A DNA stretch of 64,000 bases from Terriglobia bacterium (GCA_020073015.1 JAIQFZ010000009.1:73-64072); one strand, 5' to 3'; positions 15,849 through 25,576 are shown, counted from the first letter of the stretch. Notes: generated by a model from the letters alone, not told the origin. A program made the numbers and translations.

Positions 15849-17216
15849 TTACTTCGCCTGGAACCGGATCGTCACGTCCACCGTCTTATCCTTCGCGTTC
15901 ACCGCTTCGTGAATGCTGACCTCCCACGCCACACCACCGGGAAGCAGTTGGTCCGTCTCGGCCACAAATTTCTTTGCGTAATCCGCGTTGTAAGGCTCCC
16001 CCTCATGCAGGGTCCAGGTGTTCTCCAGATGCGCCTTCGCCTGCGTGTCGAGCCCCACAATCTCCAATTCACCCATCTTGTACTGGTCCCCTTCAGAGAT
16101 ATTCAGGTCGTAGTGCACAGTACTCTTTTCGTCATCGATCGCAGCCGCGGGCGTTACCTGCGCCGCCATGTAGCCGCGACCGCGGTAGAGCCGGCGCACG
16201 CTCTCCAGGTCGCTCATCAAGCGCACCGCGTTGGCAGGTTGGCCAGCCGGCATGTGGATGAGCCCTCGCAACTCCTCAATCTTCACGGCGGAATTGCCTT
16301 TCCAGACCACGTCCGAAGTCGCGTACACCTTCCCCGGTGTGACGGGCAGGATCGCATCCACCTGCACTTCCGTAGGGCCTTGTTCTCCGGAAGAAGGCTC
16401 CTTCACGACCCGAGCGCTCGATGGGCTAAACGATGCTTTCAAATATCCCCGCTGCAGGTACACCAGTAGCAGGTCAATCGGCGCCACCACGGCCAGCGAG
16501 GATCGCGCATACTCTGCTCCAATCAGCTTGCGCGCTGCGGTCGTCAGCAGCCCCGCCTGCTCCGGGGATGCCCCCGGAAACTCGAAGCCTCGAATCTGGA
16601 TTTCAACATCGGTGACCCGGTACGCAATCCCGGTCAGGTCTCCTCCCTCTTGCTTGCTTTCCCGCAGATAATCCACGTGGCCGGGGAGTTGGCGCTCCCC
16701 GAGGATTGCTTGCAGCGCATCTGAAATCCGGTCGGGCAGAACGCCCGCAACCGGAACAAATCCTTTAAACAGTGGCACCCGTGTCTGGAGTTCGTTCAGC
16801 AGCTCTGCGTCCGTAAACCACACGAAGTTTTCGAAATCGGCCGGAACCAGTTTGCTCTTCTCCACGTCGGTGAGCTGCAGCTCGAGCTTGGTTTCCGACC
16901 CAGAGTACGAATAGGAATAAACCACGTCGCTGAACAGGCCGGTATCGCCCAGGCGTCGAGCCGCTTCTTTGAAGTCACCCTCACCCACGCTCTGACCCAG
17001 TTGCAGGCCGCTCGCGGGAAGGATTTCCTTTTCCGTGTACCGCTGCGAGCCGGTGACCTTGAGGGCGACCAGTTTGCCGGCGGCAGGCGAGGAGGATTTG
17101 CTGTTGGCGGGGAATTTTCGGGTGGACTGCTTTCCGCTGGGAGCCGCAGTTTGGGCCGGAGCCATCGACACCAGGAGCGCCAGAATAACGAAACCGATGT
17201 TCACTCTTATTTTCAT
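15849..17216 (-). CDS. POTRA-repeat protein without an Omp85 barrel
   Basis: Signal peptide MKIRVNIGFVILALLVSMAPAQ. Repeated POTRA-like modules are present (LKVTGSQRYTEKEILPASGLQLGQSV...; IEELRGLIHMPAGQPANAVRLMSDLESVRRLYRGRGYMAAQV; NISEGDQYKMGELEIVGL). The ORF ends after 455 aa with no barrel region. Confidence 0.65.
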   Translation of the reverse strand: MKIRVNIGFVILALLVSMAPAQTAAPSGKQSTRKFPANSKSSSPAAGKLVALKVTGSQRYTEKEILPASGLQLGQSVGEGDFKEAARRLGDTGLFSDVVYSYSYSGSETKLELQLTDVEKSKLVPADFENFVWFTDAELLNELQTRVPLFKGFVPVAGVLPDRISDALQAILGERQLPGHVDYLRESKQEGGDLTGIAYRVTDVEIQIRGFEFPGASPEQAGLLTTAARKLIGAEYARSSLAVVAPIDLLLVYLQRGYLKASFSPSSARVVKEPSSGEQGPTEVQVDAILPVTPGKVYATSDVVWKGNSAVKIEELRGLIHMPAGQPANAVRLMSDLESVRRLYRGRGYMAAQVTPAAAIDDEKSTVHYDLNISEGDQYKMGELEIVGLDTQAKAHLENTWTLHEGEPYNADYAKKFVAETDQLLPGGVAWEVSIHEAVNAKDKTVDVTIRFQAK

Positions 17217-18127
17217 CGGGAGCGTCGGGAAGCCGTGGCCGCCGCAAAGTTCCTTTGCTTTACCGCAATCTCCATGAACGCCTTCGCGGCCCGGCTCAGT
17301 GACTTGTCTTTCCGGAACACCAGTGCCAGGTCGCGCCGGATCTGGGCGTCCGCCAGCGCGATCGCTGCCAGCGCCTTCGCGCGGATGTCTTCTTCGATGT
17401 TGGAGCGTGCAATAAATCCCACGCCCACATCCGCCGCCACAAAACGCTTCAGCAACTCACTTGAATCCAGTTCCATCGCAAAATTTGGCTTCAGGTTGTG
17501 ATCGTAGAACAGCGTGTCGAGCGCATCCCGAGTGTGCCCCAGCTTCGGAACCACGAGCGGGAAAGCCGCCACCTCGGCCACGGTAACGGTCTTCTTCGCC
17601 GCCAGCGGATGTGCCGGCGGAGTAATGACCACCAGTTCGTCGCGGTGAATCAACTCCGCCTGTAGACGATTGTCATTCACCGGCAGCGACACCACCCCGA
17701 AGTCCACCACGTTCTCCAGGATGGATTCGAGAATCTTGGCGTAGTCCGCACGCTTGATGCTGACCGACACGTTGGGGTAGTCGCGTTTGAATTGCGCGAA
17801 CACTTCGGGCAGGATGTGCAGGCACGTGCCTTCGTTCGCACCCACCACGATCTCACCGCGCGGGACGCGCTCGGTCTCCGCGATTTCCGTGACGATGATC
17901 TTGCGCCGCTCCAGCGTCTCCTCGGCGTACTTGAAAAACAATTTTCCCGCCGCGGTGAGTGAGACTTTTCCTCCCGACCGGTCCAGCAGGCGCGCGCCCA
18001 CTTCTTCTTCCAGCGCGCGAATCTGGGATGAGATGGCGGGTTGCGTGCGAAAGCGTTTCTCGGCGGCGCGCGAGAAGCTGGCGAGGCGCGCCACCTCCAG
18101 AAAGATTTCGAGCTGATCGAAGTCCAT
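17213..18127 (-). CDS. LysR-family transcriptional regulator
   Basis: The N-terminal wHTH reads MDFDQLEIFLEVARLASFSRAAEKRFRTQPAISSQIRALEEEVGARLLDR. The stop overlaps the POTRA gene start (ATGA at 17213-17216). Confidence 0.9.
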   Translation of the reverse strand: MDFDQLEIFLEVARLASFSRAAEKRFRTQPAISSQIRALEEEVGARLLDRSGGKVSLTAAGKLFFKYAEETLERRKIIVTEIAETERVPRGEIVVGANEGTCLHILPEVFAQFKRDYPNVSVSIKRADYAKILESILENVVDFGVVSLPVNDNRLQAELIHRDELVVITPPAHPLAAKKTVTVAEVAAFPLVVPKLGHTRDALDTLFYDHNLKPNFAMELDSSELLKRFVAADVGVGFIARSNIEEDIRAKALAAIALADAQIRRDLALVFRKDKSLSRAAKAFMEIAVKQRNFAAATASRRSR

Positions 18128-18352
18128 TTGCGGGTTGGCCCCTCACACTATAGCGGGGCCAGGGCGCGGACGGAAGGGGAGCCAAAAGCGTCTTCGAGTG
18201 AAGATTCGCGCTATGCTTGTAAGCTATTGACAGACAGTGGGTTGCGGCGGACACAGTGAGACGCGGCGTCATTGAGCTGACGGGACCATTCTTGAAATGG
18301 CGGAGGGTTTCGCATACTCCTCCCGGTGAAGAATTTGGGTGGTGCGTGCTTT

Positions 18353-18379
18353 GGGCGGACAGGAGTGTCCGCCCTACAC
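18353..18379 (-). repeat. REP family A single hairpin, just downstream of the mdh stop
   Basis: GGGCGGACAGGAGTGTCCGCCC followed by TACAC. It is the exact inverted copy of 5455-5481. Confidence 0.85.
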
Positions 18380-18388
18380 TCACGAAGC

Positions 18389-19315
18389 CTAGACGTTGAT
18401 GATAGCGACCAGTTCCTTTACGGCGGCTGCGCTCTTATCGAGAGCGGCTTTCTCTTCAGGCGTCAATTTGATCTCGATGATCTGCTCGATGCCTTTGGCG
18501 CCGAGTTTCACAGGAACGCCGACGTAAAGACCGTTGATCCCGTACTCTCCGTTGAGATAGGCGGCGCAGGGAAGAATTTTCTTCTTGTCTTTCAGGATGG
18601 CCTCGACCATCTCGGTAGCGGCCGCGGAGGGCGCGTAGTAAGCCGAACCGGTCTTCAAGTACTTGACAATCTCGGCGCCGCCGTCGCGTGTGCGTTGGAC
18701 GAGCCGGTCGAGAGTGGCTTTGTCCATCAACTCGGTAATTGGAATTCCGGCGACCGTGGAGTAACGGGGAAGCGGGACCATGGTGTCACCGTGTCCGCCG
18801 AGCACGAAAGCATTGACATTCTCGACGCTAACGTTGAGTTCCTGGGCGATAAAGGTGCGGAAGCGGGAGGAGTCGAGCACACCGGCCATTCCGATGACGC
18901 GCTCACGGGAGAATCCGCTCAGCTTGTAGGCAGCCTGCGCCATGGCGTCGAGCGGGTTGGAGACGATAATCAGAATGCAGTGCGGCGAGTGCTGGACGAC
19001 CTTGCCCACCACGTCGCTCATGATCTTGTAGTTGGTGTTGAGGAGGTCGTCGCGGCTCATACCGGGCTTGCGAGGAATGCCGGCGGTAATGACGACGATG
19101 TCGGAGTTGGCGGTGTCGGCGTAATCCTGGGTGCCGAGGACGTGGGAATCCCGTTTTTCGATTGGCATGGCCTCCAGCAAGTCAAGACCTTTGCCCTGCG
19201 GCACGCCTTCGATGATGTCGATGAGCACTACGTCGGCCAATTCTTTCGAAGCGATCCAATGAGCCGCGGTCGCACCTACGTTTCCAGAACCTACAATCGT
19301 TACTTTTCTGCGCAT
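18389..19315 (-). CDS. mdh: Malate dehydrogenase (LDH-like type)
   Basis: [20 protein letters not shown]..., [19 protein letters not shown] and [11 protein letters not shown] motifs. ATG 19315 follows an AAAGGAAA ribosome-binding site. The ORF-track start at 19408 is an upstream extension. Confidence 0.9.
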   Translation of the reverse strand: MRRKVTIVGSGNVGATAAHWIASKELADVVLIDIIEGVPQGKGLDLLEAMPIEKRDSHVLGTQDYADTANSDIVVITAGIPRKPGMSRDDLLNTNYKIMSDVVGKVVQHSPHCILIIVSNPLDAMAQAAYKLSGFSRERVIGMAGVLDSSRFRTFIAQELNVSVENVNAFVLGGHGDTMVPLPRYSTVAGIPITELMDKATLDRLVQRTRDGGAEIVKYLKTGSAYYAPSAAATEMVEAILKDKKKILPCAAYLNGEYGINGLYVGVPVKLGAKGIEQIIEIKLTPEEKAALDKSAAAVKELVAIINV

Positions 19316-19328
19316 GAAGTTTCCTTTC

Positions 19329-19348
19329 GCCCCGCAACGGAGCGGGGC
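19329..19348 (-). other. Stem-loop in the icd-mdh spacer, directly upstream of the mdh ribosome-binding site
   Basis: GCCCCGC-AACGGA-GCGGGGC. On the minus strand it is followed by GAAAGGAAACTTC-ATG. No U-tract is present, so it is not a canonical terminator. Confidence 0.4.
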
Positions 19349-19437
19349 ATAAATCGACAAGAACTGCGGATCGCCCGCCTTCGGCTTCGCGCAAGGTCGG
19401 GATGACAACTACAAAGACAAGCTCGATCTAACTGCGG

Positions 19438-20859
19438 TTAGCGGCCTGCGCCGACCGGCACATCCATGTTGTCGATCATGCAGGTGGCGAACTCGCTGGT
19501 CTTGACCTTGGTGGCGCCCTCCATCAGGCGCTCGAAATCGTACGTGACCTTTTTCTGGTCGATGGTGCGTTCCAGGCTCTGTTCGATGAGATCGGCGGCT
19601 TCCGTCCAGCCGAGGAAACGGAACATCATCACGCCGGAAAGCATGACCGAACCCGGATTGATGACGTCCTTGTCAGCATACTTGGGAGCCGTGCCGTGCG
19701 TGGCCTCGAAGATGGCGTAGCCGTCGCCCACGTTCGCGCCGGGGGCGATGCCCAGCCCGCCGACCTGAGCGGCGCAGGCATCGGAAATGTAGTCGCCGTT
19801 GAGATTCGGGGTCGCGAGAACGCTGTATTCATCGGCGCGCGTGACCACCTGCTGGAAGATGGAGTCGGCGATGCGATCGTTGATCATCAGCTTCTTCTTC
19901 CAGGCGCCGTGGCCGTGGGTGGAATAGATGGAGTCGAGCGTGCCTTTGACTTCCTTGTAAAGCGCCTGGCGGAAGTCGTCGGTGGCAAACTCCAGCCCGG
20001 GCTCGATCAGGCTGGCGTTCTGCTCGACGGTGAGGCCGGCGTTCTTGTCTTTGTTGTCGAGGATCCAGCTCTCGCGCTCAGTGACGACCTTGTCGCGGAA
20101 CTCTTCGGTGGCAAGTTCGTAGCCCCACTTGCGGAACGCGCCTTCGGTGAACTTCTGGATGTTGCCTTTGTGGACCAGGGTGACGGTCCTGCATCCGTGA
20201 TCGAGGGCATGCTGAATGGCCATACGAACCAGACGCTTGGTACCGCTCACGGACATGGGCTTAATGCCGATCCCGGAATCAAGGCGGATTTGCTTTTTGC
20301 CGCCTTTCAGCATGTCTTTGTTGAGGAATTCGATGAGCCGGGCGACTTCCGGCGTGCCCTGTTCCCATTCGATGCCGGCGTAGACGTCTTCCGTGTTCTC
20401 GCGGAAGATGACGATATTCATGCGTTCGGGATGCTTTACGGGCGAGGGGACGCCGCGGTAGTACTTTACTGGGCGGATACAGGAGTACAGATCAAGGAGC
20501 TGGCGCAGGGCGACGTTGAGGGAGCGGATGCCGCCGCCAACGGGCGTGGTGAGCGGTCCCTTGATGGCAACGCGGAATTCGCGGATGGCGTTGACGGTGT
20601 CGTCGGGAAGCCAGTTCTGGAATTTTGCTTTGGATTTCTCGCCGGCAAAGACTTCATACCAGGCGACGGCGCGTTTCCCGTCGTAGGCTTTGGCGACGGC
20701 GGCGTCGAAGACGCGGACCGAAGCTTTCCAGATGTCGCGTCCGGTGCCGTCTCCTTCGATGAAGGGGATGATCGGGCGATCGGGGACGCGGTACTTGCCA
20801 TTGCTGTATTCGATCTTCTCCCCGCTGGGCGGGACGGGGACTCCGTTGAACGACGCCAT
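19438..20859 (-). CDS. icd: NADP-dependent isocitrate dehydrogenase
   Basis: 473-aa ORF. Contains [34 protein letters not shown] and [10 protein letters not shown] motifs of the prokaryotic homodimeric IDH. Confidence 0.9.
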   Translation of the reverse strand: MASFNGVPVPPSGEKIEYSNGKYRVPDRPIIPFIEGDGTGRDIWKASVRVFDAAVAKAYDGKRAVAWYEVFAGEKSKAKFQNWLPDDTVNAIREFRVAIKGPLTTPVGGGIRSLNVALRQLLDLYSCIRPVKYYRGVPSPVKHPERMNIVIFRENTEDVYAGIEWEQGTPEVARLIEFLNKDMLKGGKKQIRLDSGIGIKPMSVSGTKRLVRMAIQHALDHGCRTVTLVHKGNIQKFTEGAFRKWGYELATEEFRDKVVTERESWILDNKDKNAGLTVEQNASLIEPGLEFATDDFRQALYKEVKGTLDSIYSTHGHGAWKKKLMINDRIADSIFQQVVTRADEYSVLATPNLNGDYISDACAAQVGGLGIAPGANVGDGYAIFEATHGTAPKYADKDVINPGSVMLSGVMMFRFLGWTEAADLIEQSLERTIDQKKVTYDFERLMEGATKVKTSEFATCMIDNMDVPVGAGR

Positions 20860-21020
20860 GCACTAACCTCCGGAACCTGAAAAGGGAAACAATCATTATA
20901 AAGAATAAAGGTGAGGCCGGAGCACGACGTGGCGTCAAAATCACTTACGCAGGTGACGACGCTCACAGCATGGCGTGACAAAAGGCGGGCGGGCAGACAG
21001 CTGCCACGAATCGCTGTTCA

Positions 21021-21076
21021 TGTGGACATCCGTTGCGTTCGCGGAGGCGGACGCGGATAGGAATGTCCGCGCCACA
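21021..21076 (+). repeat. REP family A, compact two-hairpin copy
   Basis: ...GGACATCCGTTGCGTTCGCG...GACGCGGATAGGAATGTCCGCGCCACA aligns with both halves of the copies at 29347 and 52844. Confidence 0.7.
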
Positions 21077-21085
21077 TGTTCAGCG

Positions 21086-21496
21086 CTACTTCTTGCGTTC
21101 TTTCTCCGCCAGCCGCGCCCTCACCAGCTTTTTCACTAGAGTGGCCGGCAGAGGCTTGTCTACCGGGAAGCGGATGGTGCCTTTGGAGGTGTGGTAGGCC
21201 TTGAGTTCGTCCTTGAACGCTGCCATCACGGCGAGACTTCCAGGAAAGAAGCTGCAATGGTTTGAGAATGCGGCGAACCACACGAGCGCTCCTTTGTACT
21301 TGAACATGGGAATCCGATAGCTGATGCCCTCCGTGGCCTCCGGTGGCACAGCGGACCGAATGGCCGCGCGCACCTTGTTCAAGGTGCTGCGGGCGGGTTC
21401 CGGGACACTTGCGAGGTACTCCTTCACGCTCTTCGGAGCTACGTTGCCTTTCGAAGTCGAACCTTTATTACTAGAATTCGCTTTTTTTGTGCGCAC
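21086..21496 (-). CDS. DUF1801 (YdhG-like) domain protein
   Basis: VKEYLASVPEPARSTLNKVRAAIRSAVPPEATEGISYRIPMFKYKGALVWFAAFSNHCSFFP is typical of DUF1801. The start is uncertain (GTG 21496 or GTG 21508). The ORF-track start at 21565 runs through a REP hairpin. Confidence 0.65.
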   Translation of the reverse strand: MRTKKANSSNKGSTSKGNVAPKSVKEYLASVPEPARSTLNKVRAAIRSAVPPEATEGISYRIPMFKYKGALVWFAAFSNHCSFFPGSLAVMAAFKDELKAYHTSKGTIRFPVDKPLPATLVKKLVRARLAEKERKK

Positions 21497-21535
21497 GGAT
21501 ATGCTCACCCTGCATCGAGTGGAGTTTGCAGCAGC

Positions 21536-21562
21536 GACGCGGACAGGAATGTCCGCGCCACA
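21536..21562 (+). repeat. REP family A, right-half copy
   Basis: GACGCGGACAGGAATGTCCGCGCCACA lies between the DUF1801 gene and the cyclophilin gene. Confidence 0.75.
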
Positions 21563-21566
21563 CAAG

Positions 21567-22094
21567 CTATGTTCGTTCTATGGCTACGGTTTGCACTACT
21601 ACGTCTTTGTTGGGGCGGTCCTGACGGTTGCGGGGTACCTTCGAGACTTTTTCCACGATGTCGTGCCCTTCTACGACCTCGCCAAAGATAGTGTGCTTGC
21701 CCGTCAGCCATTCCGTGTTGGCGACGGTGATGAAGAACTGCGAGCCATTGGTGTTGGGGCCCGCGTTCGCCATGGCCAATTTACCGGGCTTGTCGAAGCG
21801 GTGGGGCGAGCCTTTAGTTTCGTCTTCGAATTGATAGCCGGGGCCGCCCATTCCGGTGCCTTGCGGGTCTCCGCCCTGAATCATGAAATCCGGGATCACG
21901 CGGTGGAAGATAGTGCCGTGATAAAGCGGGTCTTTCGTTTTCTTCCGGGTAGTGGGATGCGTCCACTCGCGTTTTCCCTCGGCGAGTTCGACGAAGTTGG
22001 CTACCGTTTTCGGCGCGTCCTCTTCAAAAAGACGGCAAACGATGTTGCCTTCGCTGGTTTGGAACACTGCATAGGTGCCGGGTGTGCGTGGCAT
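21567..22094 (-). CDS. Cyclophilin-type peptidyl-prolyl cis-trans isomerase (cytoplasmic)
   Basis: FHRVIPDFMIQGGDP and LAMANAGPNTNGSQFFIT motifs. Confidence 0.9.
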   Translation of the reverse strand: MPRTPGTYAVFQTSEGNIVCRLFEEDAPKTVANFVELAEGKREWTHPTTRKKTKDPLYHGTIFHRVIPDFMIQGGDPQGTGMGGPGYQFEDETKGSPHRFDKPGKLAMANAGPNTNGSQFFITVANTEWLTGKHTIFGEVVEGHDIVEKVSKVPRNRQDRPNKDVVVQTVAIERT

Positions 22095-22129
22095 AGACTC
22101 CCTTCGAATTCTGGATTTGATTTTCCGTA

Positions 22130-22151
22130 GAGACGAGGCTTGCCTCGTCTC
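22130..22151. repeat. Palindromic stem-loop between the two cyclophilin genes
   Basis: GAGACGAGG-CTTG-CCTCGTCTC, a 9-bp stem. No U-tract follows on either strand. Confidence 0.6.
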
Positions 22152-22171
22152 AGCTGCGGCAAGCCGCGCGG

Positions 22172-22879
22172 CTACGTGGGTTTCTTCACGCCCGCCGATG
22201 GTTTGGGCGCCGCCTCCGCTGGCATGGCGCTGGATACCCCGCCGCCGTGGATTTCGATGTGCGTGATCTTGACAGGACGGACCGGGCGTTCGCCGTCCGT
22301 GGCCATGCGAGCGATTCTCTTAACCATTTCGACGGCGGCCCCATCGCACTGGCCGAAAATGGTATAGCCGCCGTTGAGGCTCGGGTAGGGAACTTCGGTG
22401 ATAAAAAACTGCGAGCCGTTGGTATCGGGTCCGGCGTTGGCGTAGGCGAGCCGCCCGGGGCGATCGAACTTGACGGCGGGCGAAGTCTCATTCTTGAATT
22501 TGTACCCCGGATCGCCTGTCCCATCGCCTTTGGGGTCTCCACCCTGAATCATGAATTGGGGAATCACACGATGAAAGATGGTGCCATCGTAGAGTGGAAC
22601 GCCGTGCTTCTTGGCGTGCGAGACCGGGCTGGTCCAGTCTTTGGTGCCGTTAGCGAGGCCAATGAAGTTCTCGACTCCGATCGGAGCGATTTTCGGGAAC
22701 AGCGTGCAGTGCAGGTCGCCAGCGGTGGTGTGGATGATGGCGGTGGGCTCAGCGATCGAGGCGGAGGCCGCGGGGGTTCTGACGGGCGGTTTGGCGGCCG
22801 GGGTTGCGGTTGAGGCTTGGCCCAGGCTGTGCAGGGAAGTGGACAGTATTATGACTGCAGTGCAAATGAGTGTTCGCAT
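22172..22879 (-). CDS. Cyclophilin-type peptidyl-prolyl isomerase, secreted paralogue
   Basis: ATG 22879 follows AAGGAG. The signal peptide is MRTLICTAVIILSTSLHSLGQA. FHRVIPQFMIQGGDP and LAYANAGPDTNGSQFFIT motifs are present. Confidence 0.85.
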   Translation of the reverse strand: MRTLICTAVIILSTSLHSLGQASTATPAAKPPVRTPAASASIAEPTAIIHTTAGDLHCTLFPKIAPIGVENFIGLANGTKDWTSPVSHAKKHGVPLYDGTIFHRVIPQFMIQGGDPKGDGTGDPGYKFKNETSPAVKFDRPGRLAYANAGPDTNGSQFFITEVPYPSLNGGYTIFGQCDGAAVEMVKRIARMATDGERPVRPVKITHIEIHGGGVSSAMPAEAAPKPSAGVKKPT

Positions 22880-22926
22880 GGATGCTCCTTTGGTGGTGAT
22901 TGGCAGTTCTTGATTGTACGACAAGC

Positions 22927-22996
22927 CGCGAGGGCAAGGTGCCCTCGCCCTTCGACTTCGCTCAGGGCAGGCTAGCCGGCAAGCTGCCGGCGCTAC
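22927..22996 (+). repeat. Family D double hairpin
   Basis: GCGAGGGCAAGGTGCCCTCGC ... GCCGGCAAGCTGCCGGCGCTAC. Confidence 0.75.
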
Positions 22997-24249
22997 TTCG
23001 CCTGCAATTCGCGGCTCACGCGCTCGGCTTCCCGGAAGACTCGAAGCAGGTTGCCGCCCAGGATTTTACGGATGTCGTCGGCGCTGTAGCGCCGGTCGAG
23101 CAGGGCCTGCGTGATCTTGGGCAAGTCGGCGGCCGAGTCGATGCCCTGGGGAGTTGCGCCGCTGACGCCGTCGAAGTCAGAGCCGAGGCCGACGTGATCG
23201 ACGCCGGCTACTTTGGCGACGTGCTCGATGTGATCGATGAGTGAACTCAGCGGCGGGCGTGGGATCTTCGCCGCCCACTCACGCTCGATGCGGTCAGTGT
23301 CGAGATAGGTGCCCGTTTTCCCTGCGGCTTTGAGTTGCTCGCCGTAGGCCTTGACGGCGGCGTCACGATCCTTGGCCTGGGCTTCGGCGGCCTTGCGATA
23401 GTTCTCATCGATAAAGGCGTTGTAGAAGTTTACCTGGACGACGCCACCATTCTTGGCAACGGCGTGAAGCATGTCGTCGGTCATGTTGCGCGGATGGTTG
23501 GTAAGGGCACGAGCGGAAGAGTGCGAGGCGATAACGGGCGCTTTGGTGACGGCGATCGTATCGTAGAACGTCTTGTCGGCGACGTGGGAAATATCAACCA
23601 GCATGCCCAGACGGTTCATCTCGAGAACAATCTGCTTGCCGCCTTCGGTGAGGCCGTTGTGGTGCTCGATCTTGGGGTTGTTGATGTCGCCGGAGGAGTC
23701 GGCCCACTCGTTGGTGTTGGACCAGCTCAGGGTCATGTAGCGCACGCCCAGCCGGTAGAAATCGCGGAGGAGGCGGACATCGTTCTCGATGGAGTGTCCG
23801 CCTTCGATGCCCAGGAGCGCCGCGAGCTTATGCTCGCGGTGGGCGCGCTCCATGTCGGCGACGCTGAAAGCCATCATCATGCGGTCGGGATGCCGGGCTG
23901 CCTGCTCGTAGACGGAATCGATCAGGTCAAGCGTATGGTGGGCGAAGTGGCCTTGGTTCGTCTCAGGATCAACCCAAATGGAAAAGAACTCGGCGCCAAG
24001 ATTTCCGGCCTTGGCCTTATCGAGGCTGATGTGACCGTGATCTTTCGGGTCGGTCGAACCGATATCGTAATTTTCGTCCAGAAAACGCTGCGGCGTGTCG
24101 GCGTGAGTGTCGACGATGAGGGCGGAGTTTTGGATCTCGCGGGCCCTCTCGCTGACAGCGGACTGGGCGTAGCCGGGAACGGCTAGGGCGAGTAAGAGTG
24201 CGACGGCAAGGATGCGCTGGTTCATGGTGAGCGTCTTCATAGTGAACAA
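22993..24249 (-). CDS. Membrane dipeptidase (peptidase family M19)
   Basis: Signal peptide, then VDTHADTP, GIEGGHSIEN, VDISHVADK, ASHSSARAL and HVGLGSDFDG motifs typical of renal-dipeptidase-like enzymes. Confidence 0.85.
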   Translation of the reverse strand: MFTMKTLTMNQRILAVALLLALAVPGYAQSAVSERAREIQNSALIVDTHADTPQRFLDENYDIGSTDPKDHGHISLDKAKAGNLGAEFFSIWVDPETNQGHFAHHTLDLIDSVYEQAARHPDRMMMAFSVADMERAHREHKLAALLGIEGGHSIENDVRLLRDFYRLGVRYMTLSWSNTNEWADSSGDINNPKIEHHNGLTEGGKQIVLEMNRLGMLVDISHVADKTFYDTIAVTKAPVIASHSSARALTNHPRNMTDDMLHAVAKNGGVVQVNFYNAFIDENYRKAAEAQAKDRDAAVKAYGEQLKAAGKTGTYLDTDRIEREWAAKIPRPPLSSLIDHIEHVAKVAGVDHVGLGSDFDGVSGATPQGIDSAADLPKITQALLDRRYSADDIRKILGGNLLRVFREAERVSRELQAK

Positions 24250-24276
24250 GGATTCTATACGAGACTGGCGTTTCTC

Positions 24277-24789
24277 TCAGGACAAGGCGGCGAGCGCTAG
24301 CTGGAGGCAGCGATCGAGGGGTTGGTCGGTGTCGAGGACGGTTTTGGCGTAGCTGATGGGCTCGAAGCGGGCTTTCACTTCGAGGTAGAGGGCGAAGTTG
24401 CGGTTGTCTGCGGGGTGGGATGGGGCGGGTTCGAGGTCGAGACGGTGGTGGGCGGATTCGTTGGAGCAGGCGCATTCAAGAATCGCCCAGGGCTGGCTGA
24501 GTGCGCGGGCGAATTCGAGGACGCGGTCGATCTGGTAGCGACGGGAGAAGGACCGGCCGTCGAGGAAGACGTTGCGGGCGGGCGTTCTGTTGAGCTGGAA
24601 GCGGGCGGCTTGGAGCATGACTTCCATGACGAAGTCATCCTGAACGGTCGAGTAGTCGATATCTTCCGGGGAGAACAGGGCGGCGCGGATTTCGTCCTTG
24701 CTGAGCACGCAACCGTGCGTGCGGCGTGCCAATTCGCGGGCGAGCGTGGTTTTGCCGGTTCCTGGTAGCCCGGCCATGGGAACAATCAT
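24277..24789 (-). CDS. P-loop kinase-like ATPase (AAA_33 / zeta-toxin-like fold class)
   Basis: Walker A motif MAGLPGTGKTTLAREL at the N-terminus. 170 aa long. Confidence 0.6.
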   Translation of the reverse strand: MIVPMAGLPGTGKTTLARELARRTHGCVLSKDEIRAALFSPEDIDYSTVQDDFVMEVMLQAARFQLNRTPARNVFLDGRSFSRRYQIDRVLEFARALSQPWAILECACSNESAHHRLDLEPAPSHPADNRNFALYLEVKARFEPISYAKTVLDTDQPLDRCLQLALAALS

Positions 24790-24817
24790 CGGGTGGAGAC
24801 TGCAGCGGAGGCAGTAC

Positions 24818-25576
24818 TCAGTTGGAGCCGCTCTGGGCGGTCACCGCGTCCTCCGCAGGATGATGCGGGAAGACAGTTTGGCTCTGGCGCCAGTCGCTGT
24901 ACCGGTCGGAGACCATCACGTGGAAGCACCAGTGACGGCGTTCCTCCTCCGGCTCTACCAGTCCGAGCTCGTGGAGATAGAACAAGTAGCGTTCGACGAA
25001 GCGAATCTGCTCTTTCGACATGCCCCTGCGCTGCAGATCGACGGTGATGCCAGCCAGGTGCGACGATGCCGTTTCGCCTTCCGCCGGGGCGGCATTGCGA
25101 TTGTGACGGCGAAGCTTCTTCTGGACCTTCACGGTGCGCACGGCCGAGTTGACTTGAATCTGCTCGTGGAACTGGCGGTAATAGACCTCGGAAAGATCCT
25201 GCACGAAGTCGCGGGTCCAGGGGCGGCAATAGCGGCGCGACGGATCGAGACTGTGTTGGATCCGCAGCGTTTCACTTTCCTCAATGGGAACCAGGGCGTG
25301 CGAGGCTTTCAGTTCTTCCAGTTGGTCGTCGTCCTGAATGCGGGGCAACTGGAGGCGGTCGACTTCTTCATTTTGGCGAAGCAGGGATTCGTGCGACGGG
25401 CGGAACATCGGATTCCAGCGCAAGCGGCGTCCATGGTGCGAGCTGCGCTTGAGTTTGCGTGGCGCGTTGGCACGGTGCAGGGCGAAGGCGCTTGCGTGCG
25501 CGCCGATCACGAAGATCAGCGAGAAGAGCAGCGCGCACAGTGTCCCGAACTTTCTGGGCCCTTGGGTCATTAGCAA
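24818..25576 (-). CDS. Secreted or membrane-anchored LAS/M15-like metallopeptidase-fold protein
   Basis: N-terminal hydrophobic segment FGTLCALLFSLIFVIGAHA. SSHLAGITVDL fits the S-x-H-x-x-G-x-A/T-x-D signature of VanY/M15-type peptidases, and a later HWCFH is present. Confidence 0.5.
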   Translation of the reverse strand: MLMTQGPRKFGTLCALLFSLIFVIGAHASAFALHRANAPRKLKRSSHHGRRLRWNPMFRPSHESLLRQNEEVDRLQLPRIQDDDQLEELKASHALVPIEESETLRIQHSLDPSRRYCRPWTRDFVQDLSEVYYRQFHEQIQVNSAVRTVKVQKKLRRHNRNAAPAEGETASSHLAGITVDLQRRGMSKEQIRFVERYLFYLHELGLVEPEEERRHWCFHVMVSDRYSDWRQSQTVFPHHPAEDAVTAQSGSN

